Shown: positions 58,771 to 64,000 of the stretch, one piece after another
Numbering within the stretch: the stretch's first letter is position 1
How the letters are laid out: each line of letters begins with the position of its first letter
DNA from: Ignavibacteriota bacterium
GTDB taxonomy: Bacteria > Bacteroidota > Ignavibacteria > Tepidaquicellales > OLB5
Length of the DNA stretch: 64,000 nucleotides
Assembly: GCA_003820375.1 (NCBI GenBank)
Contig: RPQH01000010.1
Coordinates: forward strand, 1,814-65,813
Reading direction: 5' to 3'
Notes under the pieces: generated by a model
What the model was told of the DNA's origin: nothing
Database searches by the model: none
Seen by the model: the letters and a program-made list of their open reading frames with translations, nothing else
Program-made: the position numbers and the translations under genes

Positions 58771-58906
58771 AGCCACAGAGAACACAGAGACATAATCAAT
58801 TAAACCATTTCAAAAATATTATCAACTAATTTGAAATTAAGAAAAATAAGATGATAATCCTGAAATAATTTGTTTAAATGACAATGTCTCCGTGTGCTCT
58901 GTGGCT
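58771..58906. repeat. Imperfect ~35-bp inverted repeat (CCACAGAGAACACAGAG type)
   Basis: agccacagagaacacagagacat / atgtctccgtgtgctctgtggct. Confidence 0.85.
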
Positions 58907-59058
58907 AATGTTCTCCTGTTTTAGTTTGTTAAGGCACACAAAAAATTGAGCAGGAAAATCCTTTTTACCGGGAATATTTGGAAATAAACTCAATTTTCGG
59001 ATTTTTTTATAAGTGATAAAAACTGGAAATGAATAATTATGTTTAAGAAATGAAAAAA

Positions 59059-59147
59059 GGGCAGAGTATCCCTTCAAAAGGATAAGGTGTTTTTCCTTTT
59101 ACCCGCTATAGCCAGCTCGAACTTGTTATTGGCGGGTAAGCCTGCCC
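59059..59147. other. Multi-stem GC-rich structure, possible structured RNA
   Basis: gggcag/ctgccc closing stem with tatcc/ggata and ttacccgc/gcgggtaa internal stems. Confidence 0.4.
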
Positions 59148-59182
59148 GTTTTAAATATTTTTTAAAATTTATTTCATCATTT

Positions 59183-60469
59183 TTATTTATTTAAAATCAA
59201 TTTTATAACATTCATATAGCTTTCATTTTTATTTTCTGAAACTGCTATTAATTTACAAAAATAAATACCGCTTGTATTGTTAAAAGCATCCCATGTGATT
59301 GTGTATTTACCGGGAGTTTGATTTTTATCAACAAGAGATGCAATCTCCTGTCCCAATATATCATATATATTTAACTTCACTCTATTGGTAGTTGGTAGTT
59401 CGTAAGCGATTTGTGTAGATGAATTAAAAGGATTAGGAAAATTCTGACTTAATTTGAATTCTTGTGGAATGTTACCTGGGACTTTTCTTATGCCAACAAT
59501 TTCACTCATAGATCTTCTATAAATTCCAGTTCCACCTGTCCCTACAAAAATATTATTATTAGAAGTAACTATACCCCCAACTAAATTTATTAATCCATCA
59601 CTTTTGTTCAGCCAGTTTGATCCGTTATTAGTAGAAATATAAAAACCACCACCGCTTATTGCTCCACCCGCAAAAATAATGTCATTATAAGTCAATAATG
59701 AACTTATAGTGCCATAATTCAACGCAGACTGTGTCCAGTTAAAACCATTGTTTGTGGAAATATAAACTCCTCCACCTAATCCCATAAATATATAATTTCC
59801 ATGTACTGTAAAGGTTAGAGCTTGATAACTATTATATGACTGTAACCAGTTAACACCATAATCGATAGAAACGAAAGTTCCAGGATAGCCGCCTGCATAA
59901 ACATTATTTCCATTAATTGTTAAAGCATTATAATCCCCATAAGCTGGTGTTGGAAGTGAAGTCCTAATCCAATTTAGACCATAATCAGTAGATCTGTAAA
60001 CTCCGCCCGAATCATTGCTCCACCATTTCAGACCGGTAAAAACATAATTGCCGTTTGCTTCAATAGAATAATACCAATGGGTTCCGTTAGGTAATGGAAG
60101 CTGAAGCCAGTTTACTCCGTTATTTGTTGTTCGGTAAATATAGCCCATTGTGCCAGCATAAACATAATTAACACCACCAATGTTAGTCGCTGCAAACTCA
60201 AAAATATCACCACCGTTAACAGTTGTAAATATTGAAGTCCAACTGTTTCCATTATTTGTTGACAAGTATATTTCAGCATCCTGGTAAGTGAATCCGCGTG
60301 TGCCTGCAAATATGTAGTTTATTCCTCCGCTTGAATAAGAACAAAGAGCATTTACTGCAAGATTGTTTAATCCGTTATTTACCTGCACCCAATCAGCATA
60401 AATTAGATTTGTAATCATCATCTCAGCAGTTATCAGCAGTATTATTAGAAGTGTATTAATTTTCTTCAT
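59183..60469 (-). CDS. T9SS-sorted BNR-repeat beta-propeller protein
   Basis: Repeated STNNGxNW; QNFPNPFN C-terminal domain. Confidence 0.88.
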   Translation of the reverse strand: MKKINTLLIILLITAEMMITNLIYADWVQVNNGLNNLAVNALCSYSSGGINYIFAGTRGFTYQDAEIYLSTNNGNSWTSIFTTVNGGDIFEFAATNIGGVNYVYAGTMGYIYRTTNNGVNWLQLPLPNGTHWYYSIEANGNYVFTGLKWWSNDSGGVYRSTDYGLNWIRTSLPTPAYGDYNALTINGNNVYAGGYPGTFVSIDYGVNWLQSYNSYQALTFTVHGNYIFMGLGGGVYISTNNGFNWTQSALNYGTISSLLTYNDIIFAGGAISGGGFYISTNNGSNWLNKSDGLINLVGGIVTSNNNIFVGTGGTGIYRRSMSEIVGIRKVPGNIPQEFKLSQNFPNPFNSSTQIAYELPTTNRVKLNIYDILGQEIASLVDKNQTPGKYTITWDAFNNTSGIYFCKLIAVSENKNESYMNVIKLILNK

Positions 60470-60689
60470 AATAAAAATATGTTTAATTTATTTCTATGAA
60501 AACAAAATATCGCGGTATATACATCGTGGGTCTTTCCTCCCTCTTTCAGTAAGCGTCGTTAATTATCAAGAAGGGGGGGGGTATTTATAATTAACTGTTG
60601 TTATATTATATGTTTATTTTTGTATTGTCAATGGTATTTTTAATCAAAAAAGCGGCAATTTTTAAAAAGTATGTATGTTTCAAAAAATG

Positions 60690-60718
60690 AAAAAAGCCCG
60701 GTACATTTTGCCGGGCTT
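60690..60718 (-). terminator. Intrinsic terminator of the 62241-60750 gene run
   Basis: aagcccgg/ccgggctt stem with U-run on the minus strand. Confidence 0.75.
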
Positions 60719-60749
60719 AAATTAATTATTGTTCTTTTATAATTTCTTC

Positions 60750-61382
60750 TTACAAATCAAACTTTACACCGGTTGTTATCCTGATACCGTTATTTTTTGC
60801 TGTAAGAGTTGTGGCACTGCTAAGAGTATTTGAAAGTCCTAATCCGTAGCCAATGCTTGTGAACATTTCAGTACTGCTTCCTATGCGGAAATCCATTCCT
60901 CCGCCAAAGTAGAGACCGATATCCGTTGATTCAAAAAGCTGGCTTACATCCACATCCTGTGAAGGCTGCTGATTTCCAAGATTAATCTCTTCATTTGCTG
61001 ATACTCTTAAGCTGAGTGTCGGGCCTGCTTCCAGATATGGCTTTACGCTTGATACCGGAAATGTTACTTTAAGCAGTGCGGGGACTTCAATGTAGTTTAC
61101 CTTAAAATTGTTTGGTAATCCGCCATTGTTTGTTACTGAGAAACCTTTCATAATGTATCTTACACCAGGTTTTATGGATAATATGGGGGATACTTTTATT
61201 TCTGCAAACGTGCCAAACATCATACCTGTTCTTGAACTGGATTGAATGTCAGGTGTGAAACTTGAATTAGAGAGATTCATACCGCCTTCAATTCCCATCT
61301 TAACTGACTGTGAAAATATCTGTGTTGTAAATATTGCTATTAAAGCAACGATGATTAAAGATGTTTTTGTTGAGTTTTTCAT
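60750..61382 (-). CDS. PorT/OmpA-like outer-membrane beta-barrel
   Basis: GIEGGMNLS, YIEVPALLK, PYLEAGP, C-terminal GVKFDL. Confidence 0.85.
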   Translation of the reverse strand: MKNSTKTSLIIVALIAIFTTQIFSQSVKMGIEGGMNLSNSSFTPDIQSSSRTGMMFGTFAEIKVSPILSIKPGVRYIMKGFSVTNNGGLPNNFKVNYIEVPALLKVTFPVSSVKPYLEAGPTLSLRVSANEEINLGNQQPSQDVDVSQLFESTDIGLYFGGGMDFRIGSSTEMFTSIGYGLGLSNTLSSATTLTAKNNGIRITTGVKFDL

Positions 61383-61458
61383 TTTGTTTTTCCTTTTTTT
61401 GTTTTTTAATTTATTAAAGTTATTTATTGTTATTTAAATTTTGATAATTATATTTTAT

Positions 61459-61863
61459 TTATTGTACTGTGTAATCTGTTGTAACATTATAACCTGAATT
61501 AGTGCCGCTCTGTGTATTGCCAGAAAAATCGAATTTCCATTGCTGTTCCTGCTGAACACCTGTATATTCATTTATGATATATGTGGTGTCTTTGCTGTAA
61601 ATGTAATTTGGGTTTGTGTAGCTCATAGTATCGGCAAACTGCTCTGCAGGAAATTTGCTTACTATCCTTGAAATTTTTGTATCTGAAGAGGGTTTGAAAA
61701 GGAACTGAACTCCTCCGTTTATCCCTTGCTGCTGCGATATCTGAAATGATACCTGCATATTCTGGTCCGGTCCCATCAAGCTGTCATTTTTCTTGCATCC
61801 TGTTATTGATGTGAGCAAAATTGCAAGCACGACCAAACCTTTCATTAAAATTTTTGTTTTCAT
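61459..61863 (-). CDS. Hypothetical lipoprotein
   Basis: ITGC lipobox; RBS aagga. Confidence 0.8.
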   Translation of the reverse strand: MKTKILMKGLVVLAILLTSITGCKKNDSLMGPDQNMQVSFQISQQQGINGGVQFLFKPSSDTKISRIVSKFPAEQFADTMSYTNPNYIYSKDTTYIINEYTGVQQEQQWKFDFSGNTQSGTNSGYNVTTDYTVQ

Positions 61864-61902
61864 TATTTTTTTCCTTTAGTTTTTATTATTTATTAATATT
61901 TA

Positions 61903-62241
61903 TTATTTATTTGCTTTAAATTCCCGGCTGTTTATGCCCGCATAATTGTTTATTACTGTGACGCTTTCTTTAGTAAATGTATATTCAGAGTTATTATAAG
62001 CAGTCAGGTCATCTGTCAGCCCCGAAGAATACCTGTTAATCACATGCCATGTTCTATTATCGTCTTTTGATTTGTAAATAAACTCTGATGTTCCGACAAA
62101 GTTTTCGCTTTCAGGAATTTCAAGTACAGCAGGTTGGTTTACATCTATATCTTTTTTTGCGTTTAAAGAAAGTCCTGTTAGAACTACCGCAAGTAAAATT
62201 GACGATAGTACAAAAAGTTTTAAATTTTTTAAGATTTTCAT
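61903..62241 (-). CDS. Exported hypothetical protein, shorter paralog of 61459..61863
   Basis: Signal peptide from ATG 62241 (RBS aagga); EYTFTKESVTVINNYAGI resembles NYIYSKDTTYIINEYTGV. Confidence 0.7.
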   Translation of the reverse strand: MKILKNLKLFVLSSILLAVVLTGLSLNAKKDIDVNQPAVLEIPESENFVGTSEFIYKSKDDNRTWHVINRYSSGLTDDLTAYNNSEYTFTKESVTVINNYAGINSREFKANK

Positions 62242-62597
62242 TTTATTATTCCTTTTATTTATTTTTTTAATATTTCTTTGTTTTTTCTTATTGTTCTTGT
62301 CATTTAATCCTAAAAGCATGTTTTTCATAGTTCTTACACTTATAAAATCGTTTATCAGCTGTTGAGCAAGGCATAATACGCTGTGCATAGGAAGTTTAGA
62401 ACTATATTTATTTTTATTTTTGCTCATTTGTTTGTGTTAATTTCACTGACAGGACAAATATAATTTCCGGATAGAGGGGTGTGCAAAGAATGTTTTTAGC
62501 GAAACTAATCAGGTAAGAAATCCGGATGCAATTAAAAAATGTTGATTTTTAGCTGAATTTAAAGAATTTTGGCTTTTTAAAACTAATCAATATTGTC

Positions 62598-64000
62598 GTG
62601 AATAATTCAAAACTCATCAATGTTCTCAGAACTTTTTCGAAAAATGAAATGAAGGAGTTCGAGAAATTTATTTCTTCACCGTTTTTTAACGGGGGCAGAA
62701 ATTATATACCTTTCCTCAACCAGCTTAAAAAGTTCTACCCGGTATTTGATGACGAAAAATTGACACCGGAATATGTTTATTCCAAATTATACCCGGGCAA
62801 AGAGTTTAATAAACAAATTATTTGGAATCTGACCTCTTCTCTTCTAAACCTTGTTGAAGAATATTTAATGTATGTCTCAATAAAGAAAAATAAATTTATC
62901 AGGGAGCATCAGATAGCAGAAGAATTTTGGGATAGAAAGCTCACGTCATACTATTACAAAAAGCTTAATGACCTGGAAGCAACTCTGGATAAGATGGGGC
63001 TTGAAGACAACTATTTCAGATATAAAACACAATTGGAAAAAGGAAAAATATCATATTATTTTCTTGAAGATGCACAGCATTTACTTTTTGAGCATATAGT
63101 AAAGGAAGGTGAATATACAATTTTAGCTTTCATGAAGGATATTTCTGATGTTATCGGAAGTCTGCATACAAGCTATACTGTGTATAATACCCGGTTTGAA
63201 GACAATTTGTCTTACACATTTATAGAAAATCTACAAATGGAAAAGATTATTGAATATTCATATGAGCATAATTTTACATATGCTCCAATTCTTGAAATGT
63301 ATTACAGAATGATTATGCTGGTTATAGATGAGGAAAGAACGGAACATTTTTACAGACTGAAAGAGTTGTTTGAACAGAATTTCAATTTATTTCCGTATGC
63401 AGAAAAATACACCTGGATAACAGAGCTTTCCAATTACTGCATTGTTAAATTAAACAGAGGAGATAATGAATTCAGGAAAATTTGTTTTGAATTAGATAAA
63501 TTCCGCTTAAGAGAAGGGCTGCTTTTCCAGGGGAAATATATGCCTAAATTATTATTTGTACGAATAGTAAGTAACGCTACTTTTTTATATGAAACGGAAT
63601 GGGCAAAAAAATATATTGAAGAATACATTCACTTGCTGAAACCTGCATATCAAAAACCTACTTTGGCTTTAAGTTATGCAACTTTGTATTTTAAGCTTAA
63701 GGATTATGATAAAGTAATGGATAATTTAAGCAAAGTGAAATTTATGGATTTAATTGATAAAGTGTATGTAAAATCATTTTATCTCAAAACATATTACGAG
63801 CTAAACGAGATTGAAACTTTATTAAATTATATTGATTCAACGAAGCATTTTTTTAATAAGAACATTTCCATCGGGAGTCAATTAAAAGAAAATTACATCA
63901 GGTTTACAGGTTATCTGTATAAACTGGTTATGGCAAAAGAAAATAATGATGAGTTTGAAATTGATAAGCTTTTGAAAACCGTAAGAAATGACTTAGCTAT
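62598..64000 (+). CDS. Uncharacterised helical protein, paralog of 48616..50088 (3'-partial, absent from the ORF track)
   Basis: GTG start, MNNSKLINVLRTFSKNEMKEFEKFISSPFFN..., frame open to the window end by manual translation. Confidence 0.88.
   Translation, partial: MNNSKLINVLRTFSKNEMKEFEKFISSPFFNGGRNYIPFLNQLKKFYPVFDDEKLTPEYVYSKLYPGKEFNKQIIWNLTSSLLNLVEEYLMYVSIKKNKFIREHQIAEEFWDRKLTSYYYKKLNDLEATLDKMGLEDNYFRYKTQLEKGKISYYFLEDAQHLLFEHIVKEGEYTILAFMKDISDVIGSLHTSYTVYNTRFEDNLSYTFIENLQMEKIIEYSYEHNFTYAPILEMYYRMIMLVIDEERTEHFYRLKELFEQNFNLFPYAEKYTWITELSNYCIVKLNRGDNEFRKICFELDKFRLREGLLFQGKYMPKLLFVRIVSNATFLYETEWAKKYIEEYIHLLKPAYQKPTLALSYATLYFKLKDYDKVMDNLSKVKFMDLIDKVYVKSFYLKTYYELNEIETLLNYIDSTKHFFNKNISIGSQLKENYIRFTGYLYKLVMAKENNDEFEIDKLLKTVRNDLA

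Noticed and set aside
58524-59077. ORFs 58524..58799 and 58874..59077
   Set aside because: Run through inverted-repeat arms (SLCSLW, HRAHG) with low-complexity composition
60520-60585. Riboswitch upstream of the BNR/T9SS gene
   Set aside because: Only a G-run and a loose hairpin; no SAM, TPP, cobalamin or c-di-GMP consensus recognised
63434-63628. Minus-strand 64-aa ORF
   Set aside because: Antisense shadow of the real 62598..64000 gene
1-64000. Prophage, IS, integron, DGR/retron, rRNA or tRNA
   Set aside because: No integrase, transposase, reverse transcriptase, attC or RNA-gene signature recognised by eye; tRNAscan and Infernal were not run

Overview
AT-rich bacterial chromosomal window, most consistent with Ignavibacteria (FCB group); three proteins end in the T9SS-type 'QN(Y/F)PNPFN' C-terminal sorting domain. 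Housekeeping blocks: yggS-divIVA-PNP-PNP-like-HMT, recA-recX-AI-2E-mscL, a trehalose operon (TPS/TPP fusion, DUF5752-like, TreT-like), an ECF sigma/DoxX pair, eukaryote-like alanine aminotransferase, rsmB, rrf2-iscS-iscA-sod, two ABC-F ATPases and queG. Secreted or envelope proteins include two thioester alpha-2-macroglobulins, a T9SS-tagged CxxCH protein and BNR-repeat proteins. I found no rRNA, tRNA, transposase, integrase or cas gene. Two patterns stand out. (1) Two paralogs of an uncharacterised ~490-aa helical protein with a predicted N-terminal winged-helix, one of them missing from the ORF track (62598..end). Each is divergent from small genes across an intergenic region with a similar direct-repeat layout, suggesting an undescribed one-component regulator family. 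(2) Many intergenic spacers hold nested inverted-repeat cassettes: 7/8/9-nt tandem arrays, perfect 27-46 bp arms around decayed interiors, and 15-22 nt palindromes inserted into other repeats. One REP doublet is flanked by a 32-bp duplication of the recA 3' end. All family assignments come from motif recognition by eye, not database searches.
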